DNA of 64,000 bases from Octopus vulgaris (GCA_951406725.2 OX597835.1:23560001-23624000); one strand, 5' to 3'; shown: positions 1 to 14,226, counted from the first letter of the stretch. Notes: generated from the sequence alone by a model not told the origin. Translations and numbers: made by a program.

Positions 1-383
1 TTCAGGGACCCTTAAAATACTATTGTAGACCATTTACTACTTTGTTGCGTGGATCCCGCTCCTCCCAATTTATATGGACCCCCAGGGGCCATATGGACTC
101 CGATTGAGAACCCCTAGTTTAGTCGAACTTGGTACTTATTCTAACGCTCTTTCTTGCCAAATCGCTAACTTACTGGACGTCAGCAAACCGTTACCGGTTG
201 TCAAGCGGTGTCGGATGGGGGTGGACAAACACAAACACGTGTGTGACGGGCTTATTTCTGTTTCCGTCTACCACTGACAGGGTTTCGGTCGTATCAGGGC
301 TACAGAAGACACATGCCCAAGATGTCGCGCAGTGGGGCTGCAAACATCTTATCACACAGCTTGCGCAAACTTTTATATATATA

Positions 384-780
384 GGCGCAGGAGTGGCTGT
401 GTGGTAAGTAGCTTGCTTACCAACCACATGGTTCCGGGTTCAGTCCCACTGCGTGGCATCTTGGGCAAGTGTCTTCTGCTATAGCCCCGGGCCGACCAAT
501 GCCTTGTGAGTGGATTTCGTAGACGGAAACTGAAAGAAGCCTGTCGTACATATGTATATATATGTATATATGTGTGTGTGTGTTTGTCCCCCTAGCATTG
601 CTTGACAACCGATGCTGGTGTGTTTACGTCCCCGTCACTTAGCGGTTCGGTAAAAGAGACCGATAGAATAAGTACTGGGCTTACAAAGAATAAGTCCCGG
701 GGTCGAGCTGCTCGATTAAAGGCGGTGCACCATCATGGCCGCAGTCAAATGACTGAAACAAGTAAAAGAGAGTAAAGAGT
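384..780 (+). mobile_element. tRNA-derived SINE family A (CORE-like), full-length copy
   Basis: A-box-like tggctgtgtggt, B-box-like ggttcagtccc, CORE-like cttgggcaagtgtctt, internal (TA)n(TG)n and an (agtaaag) tail. Many copies, e.g. 3325-3700(-), 4330-4750(-), 10235-10715(-), 11285-11710(-), 46005-46433(-), 46460-46965(+), 57212-57652(+). Confidence 0.85.
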
Positions 781-818
781 ATATATATATATATATTAAA
801 AATGGGGAAGGCCGGTTA

Positions 819-880
819 TGGGAGTACCTTAGGTTTCCCGTCCATAAAGGTTTAGCTTTATGGTGTATCGTCAGATCCCA
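819..880 (-). ncRNA. Type I hammerhead-like motif, probable Penelope pseudo-LTR remnant
   Basis: Minus strand reads tgggat-CTGACGA-taca-ccataaag(ctaaac)ctttatgg-acgg-GAAAC-ctaag-GTA-ctccca. Confidence 0.6.
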
Positions 881-3800
881 AAACCTGTTAGCCCAAGACT
901 ACATACACACACGCACGCACGCACAGGTACAGGTACATAAGCATGGAAAAAAGACAAGAGGTACACACACACAGAGTACCAACTGCTTGAATCAGCATCT
1001 TAATTAACAACAGCTCTGCAGTAAATGCAGGCTCACACACGGCTATTAAATTAGCTGTCGAAATTTCTCAGCGTAAGTTCTTTAATTTTGCATCTTGATA
1101 GCTAAATTTTTAATTCTTTCAACAGATAATTTAACTGTTATTAGCATATTTTTTTCAATTGAGTGATTAAGAAACAAATAATTGTATATTCGATAGGTTG
1201 GCGAAACCTCTGCTCCAAGCAGACCAGCTGTTTTACAGCCACACTCGTTCTAAACCATTTGTTTTTGGGTTCGAATGCAGCCATGGTCGATTTATCCGTT
1301 TAATTCTATTAAGGCCTCTTTAAAAATTCTACTAAAATGTTCTGGGACCGATTCAAGCATTTATAATCTTGAATTAAGCGTGTACAATAATTCCATCACT
1401 GTTTTACATTTTATTTTGTCAATAAAACATGAGTTACTTGTTAGTATAATTTGTGGGGTCGGGGGTATTTTTTTTTACACTTGGCTGGATATCCTTCCCA
1501 TTAATAACTTCACTTCTGCGAAGACTGAGTGAAAACCGGCTTATTTTGCTTTAAGTTCAGGTAGTTTTTATGTCGTGTGAACGTCTGCAGGCCTTGAAGC
1601 AAGGCTTTTCGGGTGGGGATACCACATAGCCAGATACGAGCGTATCTGTGACAGACCTGGAGGTTGAAGGTTCTATGGTCTTGAGGAAACAGACTAAGGA
1701 TTTTAATACGATGGACAAAATCTTGCAGGTTTTAGTTATAGTAAGTCAGAATAAAATGTTGGAAATACAACATGACATAGAACATCCGAGCGGAGTTTCA
1801 GAATAGCTCACCCCACATAAGTTTAATTTTCTGTTTCGACGGGGATTTTTCGATTTTTTTTCCACTACGCATTTTAAATTGATGGGGGAAGCCTTTTATG
1901 GCAAAAAAATAAATAATAATAATAATAAATAAATGATAATAAAATAAATCAATGAATATAAATTGAAAATCTATGAAATAACTGAAGAAAGTTTTGAATT
2001 TATACGCGTCCTTGTAGATACCTCCGTCCTTGTGGAACCATTTCATTCGACGTATTGAGACAAATGTAGGTAATTCCGAATGAAATCACCGAATTTTTCA
2101 AAGGCGCCCATGTATCACATCTCATTTCCCTGCCACAGAAACACTGGTTTTGAATTAAAACATAATTAAAATATGTATGGGTCATTGCATAAAAACTCAC
2201 CAAACGGTGCCATGGGTCACATCTCAGATTTACTTCAAAATTTAACTGCATAAAGCTTCTATGGAGAAAACACAACCTTGTATTTTCAGCATTTTCAGGT
2301 GAATTGCTCTGTCTGTTTAAAAGTTTGCAAAAATTTGCGAAAATTGCATGTCAGAAATTTAAAGGAGGATTTATACAAATTTGTCAGACCAAAACTTCAG
2401 TGACGAACCACTGAAGATACAATTCAACTCACATGCTGCACAACCACTGTTAATTCAATTTTCAAAATAATGAGAAAGCAGTAGCAATGATAAAAAGAGA
2501 CCTGTACTATCCAATGAAGCAACCTTCAAGTGTCTGATAAAAAACAAAAAGGGACCTGACATCTTTCTCTGAGAATTAATATGTGCACATCAAATTTAGC
2601 ACCACTTTTGGTTCAACAGACAACTGAAATGGTGTTAATAGAAACCTTCAACCCTTTGGCATTTAAACCAGCCATATCTGGCCAAAATATTTTAAATGTT
2701 TTAAGTTTAAACTGGCCTGATCTGACTTCTCACGCCTTCACAACAATGTCATTCTAAAAATAAACAATCATAGCGCTGGCGTGACTGTGTGGTAAGAAGC
2801 TTGCTTCAAAATTTCAAAGCTATAAGATCAACCCAAAGCAATGTGAATAATTAAGCATTACATTTGACAGAATAAATTCAATGCTAAACGATTAAGGGTG
2901 CTTTGCTCCTTAGCACTCATTTTGGAGACAAATTTAGCACCCCTAAAACTCAGTGTACACTTACTGGAAGCCTGTTACCCTAAAATTATGAACTGTTTCA
3001 TGATAGCTAATTGTGGCTTTTACTGAATTTCAAACTTTTCTGAAGTTTTCATGAAACACAGTTCTAGGCACAGTACAGTATCTTGAGATCCAATACGACA
3101 AATGGAGAAACAATTAGAACCCCTTCATTACAGCATGTTGATAAATCAACATCGTATAGGGACAGGTGTGGCTGTGTGGTAAGGAGTTTGCTTCCCAAAC
3201 ACATCATTCTGGGTTCAGTCCCACTGCATGGCACATTGGGCAAGTGTCTTCCACTATAACTTTGGGCCGACCAAAGCCTTGCAAGTGGATTTGTTAGACG
3301 GAAACTGAAAGAAGCCCATCGTATTCTTTTATATGTTTCAGTCATTTGACTGTGGCCATGCTGGAGCACTGCCTTTAGTCGAACAAATCAACCCCAGGAC
3401 TTATTCTTTGTAAACCTAGTACTTATTCTATCGGTCTCTTTTACTGGACTGCTAAGTTATGGCGACATACACACACCAGCTTTGGTTGTCAAGCGATGGT
3501 GAGGGGACAGACATAGATACATGCACATACACATACATCCACACACACACACACACATACACACACACACACATACAACAGGCTTCTTTCAGTTTCTGTC
3601 TACAAAATCCATTCACAAGGCTTTGGTTGGCTTGAGTCTACAGTAGAAGACACTTGACAAAGGTGCCATGCAGTGGGACTGAACCCAGAACTATATGCTT
3701 TGTATGTATATATATATATGTTTGAAAAAAGGAAAGAATGACTTCACTGGTATTTCTAATTAAATTAATTTTCTAATAATATAATATAATTTCACAGTTT

Positions 3801-4537
3801 GGTTTGTAGATCTAGTAAGTTCTTTGTTAACTTTGGTAGGGAGATTTTTAAAAATATTCCTTGTTAACTTTTCTGGAGAACTTTCTCGCATTCATCAGTG
3901 GCAGTTGTCAAACTGATCTCAGGATGTGTTGTGCTGTGTGATTCTATATATAAGGGATTTGGGTGTGTCTGGGGTAGGATTGGTGTTTGTTAATAAGTGT
4001 GGGAGTGAAGGAGTGCTAAAGATGAGTTTGGGTGTGTGCCTGAGGGGGTGGGGGTGTTAATGAGGTGCAAGATACATATCTTTTGATAAAAAGGGGATGA
4101 TAGCAGTGAGGAATCAAATAAGGTTAGTTTTGAAATGTTTGTTGATAGAAATTTATTTTTATATTGGTTTGGGAGGGCAGTGGGTGGGGAGATGATACTA
4201 GCTCACATATTTACTTCCCTACATATAAACAAACAATAAGTATACATACATATATACATATATATACACACATATATATATGCATACACACACACACACA
4301 CACACATATATACATATATTTTTTTTCTTTGTTCTTTTATTTGTTTCAGACATTTGACTGCAGCCATGCTGGAGCTCTGCCTTTAGTTGAACAAATCAAC
4401 CCCAAGACTTATATTTTGTAAGCCTAGTTCTTATTCTGTTGGTATCTTTTGCCACTAAGTTATGGGGATGTAAACACACCAATATCGGTTGTCAAGCAAT
4501 GGTGATGGGGGACAAACACAGACACACAAACATATAC

Positions 4538-4590
<53 letters not shown>

Positions 4591-5562
4591 GATAGGCTTC
4601 TTTCAGTTTCCGTCTACCAAATCCACTCACAAGGCTTTGGCCAGTCCAAGGCTATAGTAGAAGACACTTGCCCGAGTTGCTATGCAGTGAAACTGAACCC
4701 AGAACCATGTGGTTGGTAAGCAAGCCACTTACCACAGCCACTCCTCTGCCTATATATATATATATATATACTCATACACACACATATACATACATGCACA
4801 TATGCATACATATGCACACACATATACATATCTATACATATACACATACATATATACACACATGTATACACACGTGTGTGTATATGTCTGTGTATGTATA
4901 TGTATGCATTTGTGTGTATGTATGTATATGTATGCATGTATACATATATATATGTATACATATACATATATATATATATGTATATATATATGTGTGTGTG
5001 TGTGTTTGTGTATACATTTTGTTTGTTTATATGTAGGGAAGTAAATATGTGAGTGAGCATGATCTCTCCCCCACCACTTTCCTTCCCAAACCAATATAAG
5101 AAAATACATTTCTCTCAACAAACATTCCAAAACTAACATCATTTTACAATTTGTTTTTCCCTCTCTGCTGCCACCCCCCCTGACACATACCCAAACTCAT
5201 CTTCCACGTAGAAAATTACTGAAAACTTCCCTTGATGAAATCAAGATAGTTGATTTAGCCATAAAAGAATTTGAAAAACATGTGACCATTATATTTTTAA
5301 CCAAGGATCATCTATTCAAATGGAACAAACAGGAGAACACTTTTGCAAGCCCTTCAAAAAATACTCTTTAACCATCCCACCATCTCCCAACTCCACCCTC
5401 AACCAATTATCTTTTTTTTACTATTTTACTATTTTCTTTCAGCTCTTGTTCATCAACACTCCTTCACTCCCACACTTATTAACCCCAACCCTGACCCAGA
5501 AAAGTTAACAAGGAATCTTTAAAAAAAATCTCCCTACCAAGTTAACAAAGAAATTACTAGAT

Positions 5563-5718
5563 CGCAGGAGTGGCTGTGTGGTAAGTAGCTTGCTTACCAA
5601 CCACATGGTTCCGTGGCATCTTGGGCAAGTGTCTTCTACTATAGCCTCGACCCGACCAATGCCTTGTGAGTGGATTTGGTAGACGGAAACTGAAAGAAGC
5701 CTGTCATATATATGTATG

Positions 5719-5751
<33 letters not shown>

Positions 5752-5971
5752 GTGTGTATATGTTTGTGTGTCTGTGTTTGTCCCCCTAGCATTGCTTGAC
5801 AACCGATGGTAGTGTGTTTATGTCCCCGTCACTTAGTGGTTCGGCAAAAAGAGACCGATAGAATAAGTACTGAAGTACTGGGCTTACAAAGAATAAGTCC
5901 CGGGGTCGATCTGCTCGACTAGAGGTGGTGCTCTAACATGGCCGCAATCAAATGACTGAAACAAGTAAAGA
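5563..5971 (+). mobile_element. SINE family A copy with AGATC target-site duplication
   Basis: Flanked by agatc on both sides. It interrupts a repeat whose uninterrupted inverted copy is at 3721-3876. Confidence 0.85.
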
Positions 5972-6411
5972 AGATCTACAAGGCAAACTGTAAAATTATA
6001 TTATATTATTAGAAAATTAAATTAATTAGAAATACCAGTGAAATCATTCTTTTCCTTTTTTTCAAATATACCTAACTGTACCAAGGATTTTACACATTTT
6101 CCAATATAATTATGTGTGTGTGTGTGTGTGTCTATGTTTGTTCTCTCACCACTGCTTGACAACTGGCGTTGTTGTGTTTGTGTCCCCATAACATAGCGAT
6201 TCAGCAAAAGAGACCGATAGAATAAGTACTAAGATTAAAAAAGAAATACTGGGGTTAATTCGTTCAACTAAAAATTCAAGGCGGTGCCCCAGCATGGCCG
6301 CAGTCTAATGGACTGAATCAAGTAAAAGAATAAAAACAGATCACGCCCCGCCACCCGATTCTTCTCTCCTCGTTTCCACATTTTTTTTTTTTTCTTCAAT
6401 ATTTGGTCACA

Positions 6412-6998
6412 AAGGCGGCGAGCTGGCAGAAACGTTAGCACGCCAGGCGAAACGCCTAGCAGTATTTCGTCTGCCGCTACGTTCTGAGTTCAAATTCTGC
6501 CGAGGTCGACTTTCCCTTTCATCCTTTCGGGGTCGATTAAATAAGTACCAGTTACGCACTGGGGTCGATGTAATCGACTTAATCCGTTTGTCTGTCCTTG
6601 TTTGTCCTCTCTGTGTTTAACCCCTTGTGGGTAGTAAAGAAATAGGTATTTCGTCTGCCGCTACGTTCTGTGTTCAAATTCTGCCGAGGTCGACTTTCCC
6701 TTTCATCCTTTCGGGGTCGATTAAATAAGTACCAGTTACGCACTGGGGTCGATGTAATCGACTTAATCCGTTTGTCTGTCCTTGTTTGTCCTCTCTGTGT
6801 TTAACCCCTTGTGGGTAGTAAAGAAATAGGTATTTCGTCTGCCGTTACGTTCTGAGTTCAAATTCCTCCGAGGTCGACTTTGCTTTTTATCCTTTCGGGA
6901 TCGATAAATTAAGTACCAGCTACGTACTGGGGTAGATCTAATCGACTGGCCCCCTCCCACAAAATTTTGGGCCTTGTGCCTAGAGTAGAAAAGAATAT
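6412..6998 (+). mobile_element. tRNA-derived SINE family B with an internal 184-bp tandem repeat
   Basis: Head aaggcggcgagctggcagaa, B-box-like gagttcaaattc, core gtcgac..ctttcatcctttcggggtcgat..aataagtaccag. Repeat units start at 6462, 6646 and 6830. Other copies at ~17310-17515(-), 22025-22630(+), 24370-24575(-), 48000-48462, 53025-54600. Confidence 0.8.
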
Positions 6999-7392
6999 TT
7001 GGTTCCTTTGTTGGTCTAAGCATCTCTGGGTCTTTTTAAAATCTTTTAGTTCATATTAGTTGTATCTCACTGCTTTTGAGACTTTTTCTTTTCTTTTCTT
7101 TTTTTTCCTTATATATTTTATTAGGTGTTTCATCGTTTTTATCTCGTCGCATCCACCCATACTCCATACAGTCTAAACCTTGTTAGAACAGATCTTTTTT
7201 AGTTTACAATTCACTTAGGTGTTTCGTGTCTCGTATTTAAAATCTTAACATTGCGTTACCGGTTCAGCAGAGTTACTTCCCTTGGTCCAGTAGACCCAAT
7301 ACTACCCTGACCATCGTAAAATCGGAACTTACGTGGATAAATAGGCCTGCGAACGTAGCTCAGTAAACTTAATGTGTTTATTTATTTATTTA

Positions 7393-7814
7393 GGATCTTT
7401 TCGGTTTGAACGGCAGTTTTTAGCATAAATTCTAGGTAACTAAAAAATTAAAAACTTTGTATACTGATAGAATGTGTTTATAAAACATTTTTTTCTCTTA
7501 TTTTTATTGAGAAAATTCTATAGTTTGTAAGATATTTGTTGTTTTTTTTCTTCAATTTCTGCAATTTCAACCAATCACTGACGTCTATTGAGGTAAAAAA
7601 AAAACATTCTGTGCCGTATGAATATGTCCCTCGTTTAAGAAACAGATTGGGTTTATTTACATTTGTGAAGAAAAAAAGATATCCATCCCCCCCAACCCTA
7701 ACCCTAACCCTAAAATAGATTGAAATGCAATAGATCGATACTAAGGTCATAATTATGGGTGACAATTTCATATGACACCGCTAGAAAAAACTGCCGTTCA
7801 AACCGAAAAGATCC
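7393..7814. mobile_element. MITE with 29-bp TIRs and internal (CCCTAA)3
   Basis: ggatcttttcggtttgaacggcagttttt ... aaaaactgccgttcaaaccgaaaagatcc, with TTTA on both flanks. aaccctaaccctaaccctaa near 7694-7713. Confidence 0.8.
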
Positions 7815-8824
7815 TTTATGCTGTTCTTGTTATTTAGCCCCCAAGACTGCTCTGATACAGAATACCTCTGTTACTGAGGTAGTCAATCAAACGATTGAAC
7901 GGGACCTGCGGTTCCTTTGTCTCAGTGATGTCTGTTCACAGTTTGATCTCCGTCCCACGTCATTCCTTATCAGCTGTTATGTAAACCTTCAGGTGTACCA
8001 TCGTGGATCAAACCTGTGACCATATGATATTCTAGCTTTGACCAACTCATCAATTTTTCTTGGGAGTTGGGTGGAGTATATTGGAATATATTCAGGTGGT
8101 AAAATGTTATTCAGGGGAGATTTGGCTGTTATATTTCGCAGGTCTAGTTGACTACATAGCAGCTCCTTGTTTTCCTTGAGGCAAATTGTATCCAGAACAA
8201 TATTGTACATTGTATCCTGTTTCTCCGCTATGGTTCTAAAACAGCAGGTTGTGTGTGTGTGTTTGTATGTAATTTGGTTGCTATTTAAAGCTGGTTGGAT
8301 CCAGCTCCTCTTTTCTGGACTGTCTGTGGACTACAGTTAACCACAAACCTCATTCAGTTTTGCTTGTGTTAAAAGTATCACACACACACACATGCACACA
8401 CACACACACACACACACAGTGCTTAACTACATGTTTTATTATTACATACACAGATCATCACTACAACCACCACCATCACCAACATCATCATTATCATCAT
8501 CAATTTTACATCTACATTTCCATGCTGGAATGGATCGGATGGGTTGTCAAAGTCTTCATCAGATTTTGTTTTGGAATTACTAACCTTCTAGACACATCAG
8601 GAACCACATTTTGCTCGTGTATTCCATTGGTAGCACATTTTCTATAGCTAGATGTCCTTTCTACCATCAACCACTCTACAGAATGTGCTGGGTGCATTTT
8701 ATCACAGCAGCAATTCTAAAAACTCATCTAGGTGACGGAAAACTGTGATTCCAAACCTTTGCTGCTTTGCAACCATACACAACCACGATGAAAGCTTTGG
8801 GGGTAAACCCTAAGGATATATATG

Positions 8825-9088
8825 TTAGTTAGTTAGTTAGTTTGTTAGTTAGTTAATTTGGCTCAAAAGCAAATAGCAAGGCCATGTAGGGGGACATGGA
8901 GTTAAGTACAGGGTGGTGTTCATGTAAAGAGTTCAGGCCACTTGAGGTCCAGGGAGGCTTTGAACAAAGCGGTCGTCGGCATCTTCACCATCTCGTCTGG
9001 CAGCTTGTTCCACGGATCCGCAACCCGGATGGAGAAAGCTCCTCTCCTTCGATTGAGATGAAATCGTCGCAGGTAGAGCTTTTCGGAA
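8825..9088 (-). mobile_element. CR1-like LINE 3' fragment with (TAAC)n tail
   Basis: Minus strand RRAFSIRVADPWNKLPDEMVKMPTTALFKASLD, then an (actaa/taac)n tail. Confidence 0.7.
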
Positions 9089-10112
9089 TGACCATCACCA
9101 AGATCACCATCACCAACGTTTTAGCACCCACTTTTCCATGCTTGCATGGGTTGAACAGAAATTATTGAGGCAGGTTTTCTACAACCTGATGCCTTTCCTT
9201 TCACTAAAGTTTACCCATTTCCAACCAAGACAATATTACACCATCATTTGCCTCTTTTTTCTTTCTATCTCACCTTCATTGTTTTCTCTCTCTCTCATGC
9301 CTACTCCTACCGATTTTCACTCTGCCTCACCTAACACATCTATGCTTTTCACCCTCCCCATGCTCTCTGAAACTACTTTTCTCTTTCTTCTGTCTCTCTT
9401 CTTTTTACAAGTACAGTTTAGCAACATAACTGTATTAGTACATCTGGAAATTCAAAAGTAGAGAAATCAGTAAGATTTAACAAAATGGAGTATTTTTGTT
9501 AAAGCTGGGCCAAGCTAGAGAATTGTTGAAAAAGTTAGGCTGTGCATAATTGAAACACATGGATTCAACTTGGGCGTTGCAGAGAAATCTCCTATTTCAT
9601 AACAACAGATAACATCTTACATTGAAGAGAGGAAATACAAGGGAAAAAAATTTTGCACATGACCTGTATCAAGAGACTTTTCCCCTCAAGGAATTTGAAA
9701 TACAATCAGAGTAATTAACGCAAACTATCTAGGGTAATCACATGCTGAATCTAAAAACATTGTATAACTCAGTAAAGAAAGTGGAGGAAAATTGAATAAG
9801 CACACAGAATTACCTGTCTGGGATTATTGAGGGTATCAAATTAACTTTTGGTAAATAGTTAACTGTACACTTGATTATTATCGTCATCTTTTGGCATCCA
9901 TTTTTCCATGCTTGTATGAGTTTGACAGACGTTTATTTGAGGTAAATTTTCTGCAGCTGGATGCTCTTCCTGTCACCAACACTCTCCTATTTCCAAGCAA
10001 GGTAATATTTCCCCATGGCCAGACATGTCTTCACAGAACATTGGAAATGAATGACACTATATGGCAATGACACCCATTTACAACTATTATGTGATGTCAA
10101 GACAAGAAGATA

Positions 10113-10150
<38 letters not shown>

Positions 10151-11490
10151 TAATTAGATAGATAGATAGATAGACTGAGAGACTAATAGATATATGTGAC
10201 AGGCTTTGGTTGGCCTAAGGCTACGTTTTTTCTTTTTTTTTTTTTGTTTCAGTCATTTGACTGCAGCCATGCTGGAGCAATGCCTTTAGTCGAGCAAATT
10301 GACCCCAAGCTTAGTACTTATTCTATCGGTCTCTCTTGCCGAACCGCTAAGTGACGGAGACGTAAACACACCAGTATCAGTTGTCAAGCAATGTTGGGGG
10401 GACAAAGGAGGACAAACACAGACACACAAACATACTCACACACACACACACACACACAAACATACACACACACACATACAACAAGCTTCTTTCAGTTTCC
10501 GTCTACCAAATCCACTCACAAGGCTTTGGTCAGCCGGGGCTATAGTAGAAGACACTTGCCTAAGGTGCCACGCAGTGGGACTGAACCCAGGATCATGTGG
10601 TTGGTAAGCAAGCTACTTATCACACAACCACAGAAGATATTTGCTCGAGGTGCCATGCAGTTGGACTGAACCCAGAACCATGTGGTTGAGAAGCAAACTT
10701 CTTACCACACAACCGCCTGCCTGCCTATTTATGCTGTCATATCAACAGTATAAAGCGACACATTAACTTTTGTGATCAATGAATATAATGCATGGCCCAG
10801 TGTAGAGTGGTCTCTGGTCTTAGCTCAATCTGCTATTAACTCCTATTGTTGTCTGAAGGATTGCCTGAGAAAATCTGAGTAGCAATATATATGTGTGTGT
10901 AGATATGCATGCATGAACACACGTATGTATGTTTGTATGTAGTCCAGGCTTTAAAGTGATTGGTGATTGAAAAAGCATCCAGTCATTAAAACACACACAC
11001 ACACACACAACTCGTGCAATAACAAAGGTGGCTGGTTTTCTTTGTTGCTGAATAGAAACAAAGGACTAACAATTGCAAGCAAATGACAAAATGGTGTGAA
11101 TTCTGTCCAGCGCATGCCACAATCAGCTAGAATGATGATGGTGATGGTTGGTGATAATGATGATCAGAGGTTCTCAATTGGGGTCCGTGTAATACTTGGG
11201 GGCCCGTATAAGATTTTATTGTTAAAATTTATCTGCGATAAATTGGTAATACTTCTGCAATGTACAAAATGTTTCAACAATTTTTTTGCTCTTTTTATTC
11301 GTTTCAGTCATTTGACTGTGGCCATGCTGGAGCACTGCCTTTAGTCGAACAAACTGGCCCCAGGACTTATTCTTTGTAAGCCTAGTACTTATTCGATCGG
11401 TCTCTTTTGCCGAACCGCTAAGTTATGGGAGTGTAAACACACCAAAATCAGTTGTCAAGGAATTGTGGGGGGACAAACACAGACACTCAA

Positions 11491-11545
<55 letters not shown>

Positions 11546-13676
11546 AGACGGGTTTCTTTCAGTTTCCATCTACCAAATCCACTCACAAGGCTTTGGTTGG
11601 CCTGAGGTTATAGTAGAAGACACTTGCCCAAGGTGCCATGCAGTGGGACTGAACCCGGAACCATGTGGTTCGTAAGCAAGCTACTTACCACACACCCACT
11701 CCTACGCCTATAAGTGCAAGTTGTTTGCAAAACATAATAATGATGATGATGATGATGATGATTATGATGATGTGTATAGCTTTTTGCACTCTTACTGATT
11801 CCCATTAGGCAGCTGGAACCCGGATGGGGCAATGTCATTAGCAGTGAATAATGTATTTATCTCTTGCTCAAAATAGCACAACCGTTTTAATATTTAAACA
11901 CGACTGTTTTATCATTGCAACACTAACTGATTTAAACATAGACCTATACACACATATACACATGTATGTATACATGTATAGGTGCAGTTGTGGATGTGTG
12001 CTAAGAGGTTTGCTTCCCAGGGTTCAGCGCCACTGTGTGGCACCTTCGAAAAGTGTCTGCTACTATAGTCCTACGCTGAGCAAAACTTCTTGAGTGGATT
12101 TGGTAGATGGAAACTGAAAGAAGCCCATCATCATCATCGTCATCATTTAACATCCATTTTCCATGCTAGTATGAGTTGGACAGTTTGACAGGAGCTGACC
12201 AGCTGAGAGGATGGTCAGGCTCCATGTCTGTTTTGGCCTGGTTTCTACAGCTTGATACCCTTCCTAACACCAACCACTCTACAGAGAGTACTGTGTCCCT
12301 TGACACAGCACTAGCACAAGTGCATTTTATGCGGCACCAGCACCCACAAGGCCACAAAATTAGGGTCGCTCAGCTGAAGAGGGATGCAAGGGACATCCCT
12401 GTATGCATAGACAACCATGATTTTACTTAGCTTAATGTGTCTTCTCAAGCACAGCAAACCACCAGAAATCTCAGTCCCTTGTCATCCTCTCTATGAGGCC
12501 CAACATCTGAGGATCCTCTCTCATCACTTTGTTCCATGTCTTTTTGGGTCTACCCCTTCCACATGTCCCTTCTGCAATTAGAGATCAGCACTTCTTGATG
12601 CAACTATCTTCAGTCATACACATTACATGGCCACACCAGTGCAGTCTTCCCTCTTGCACACTACATCTAATTCTTAGTATGACCATCATGTATAATTATA
12701 TATATTTCCTTTCCTTCATTGGCCACTAAACTTGCAAAGACCTGTTGAGGCAAGTGAAATCGAAATCAAATTCAATGACTGACATCCATGCTAGTGGAGC
12801 GCTAAGAGAACCATCCGAGCATGATCGTTGCCAGAGCAGCTAACTGGCTTCTGTGCCAGTGACATGTAAAAAAGCACCATTTGAGTGTGATCATTACCAG
12901 CGTCGCCTTACTGGCACATGGAAAAAGATTCGAGCGAGATCATTGCCAGTGCTACTGGACTGGCTCCTGTGCAGGTGGCACGTAACAAACACCATTTGAG
13001 TGTCGCCGTTGCCAGTACCGCCTGACTGGCCCTCATTCCGGTGGCACGTAAAAGCACCCACTACTTTCTCGGAGTGGTTGGCATTAGGAAGGGCATCCAG
13101 CTGTAGAAACACTGCCAGATCAAGATTGGAGGCTGGTGCAGCCATCTGGTTCGCCAATCCTCAGTCAAATCATCCAACCCATGCTAGCATGGAAAGCGGA
13201 TGTTAAATGATGATGATGAGGATGATGATGTATATATGTCGTGTGTGTATGTGTTAGTGTTACTCTTTCTTTGTCTTGACATCATATGATAGTTGTAAAT
13301 GAGTGCCATTGCCACACAAGTGGTGTCCTTCATTTCCAGTCTCCAGTGCTACCCCAATCAGAATCCCTCTCTCATTCTTGTTGTACCCCACTCATATTCC
13401 CCACCCCATATCCTATTCTCATTCAATATATTCATCTCTTAATTACATCTCACCTCCTTCATCCCATGTTTAAATCCACCTCAATTTCTTCCTCTACTCC
13501 TTGCACACCCCCCTTCTCTGATTCTTCTGTAGCTACACTTTCTTCTGTACAGCCCTCAAATATGTTACCATACTGATACATTCTAGCCCTTTTCGTCTCT
13601 GTTGAGCCCCATTTCAGCCTCCCCCTTAACTCATGTCAAATACGAGGTAGCCAGGAGTCTCCTTTGTTTGTATTAA

Positions 13677-13897
13677 CCCTTTAGCAGTCAGATTACTCTG
13701 TCAGATCTAATGCTTATTTAGCCACATGGCTTTAGATTCATCATGCATTATCCCATACCTTCAAGATTTCAATGATGGGATTGTATATTTTTAGAACGGC
13801 ATTGTAGGGTAGGTATGAGAGGCTGAATCTGGCTTTTTCTAACATGAAACAGATAGAATAATTTGGACAGGATATGACCGATTTAAATGCCGAAGGG
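13677..13897. mobile_element. piggyBac-type MITE (TTAA target duplication, CCC...GGG ends)
   Basis: ttaa-ccctttagca ... tgccgaaggg-ttaa. Related copies at ~2650-2893, 17516-17953 (tandem) and 63339-63545. Confidence 0.7.
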
Positions 13898-14226
13898 TTA
13901 ATATATGTGCATATGTAAGCTTAGCTACACACACACACACAGACACACAACACACACACACACACACACAACACACACACACACACTGTTTTCATCTTCT
14001 GAACAATAGTATTATAGTATTTGTTTGTTAAAGTTTTCCAATGGAACAATTTCTGGTTCACCAGGAGCAGCCAGTTAATTGCATTTTTCTAATGTAATAA
14101 GAAAACTGGAGAGTGACTAAGGAGTGTCTTCAAGGTAATTTTGTTTGACGCACGGGTTTATTACCAGTTTTCTCACTTGTGTATGCCACTCACTAATATT
14201 CACACACAAATAACCCCCCTCTCTCT

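Noticed and set aside
384-460. tRNA-like A/B boxes here and at many other sites
   Set aside because: They are SINE heads followed by SINE bodies, with no complete cloverleaf.
7694-7713. Telomere or chromosome-fusion scar
   Set aside because: Only three units, and they lie inside a TIR-bounded MITE.
7989-8210. 73-aa minus-strand ORF with protein-like composition
   Set aside because: No recognisable motif or splice support; possibly a transposon relic.
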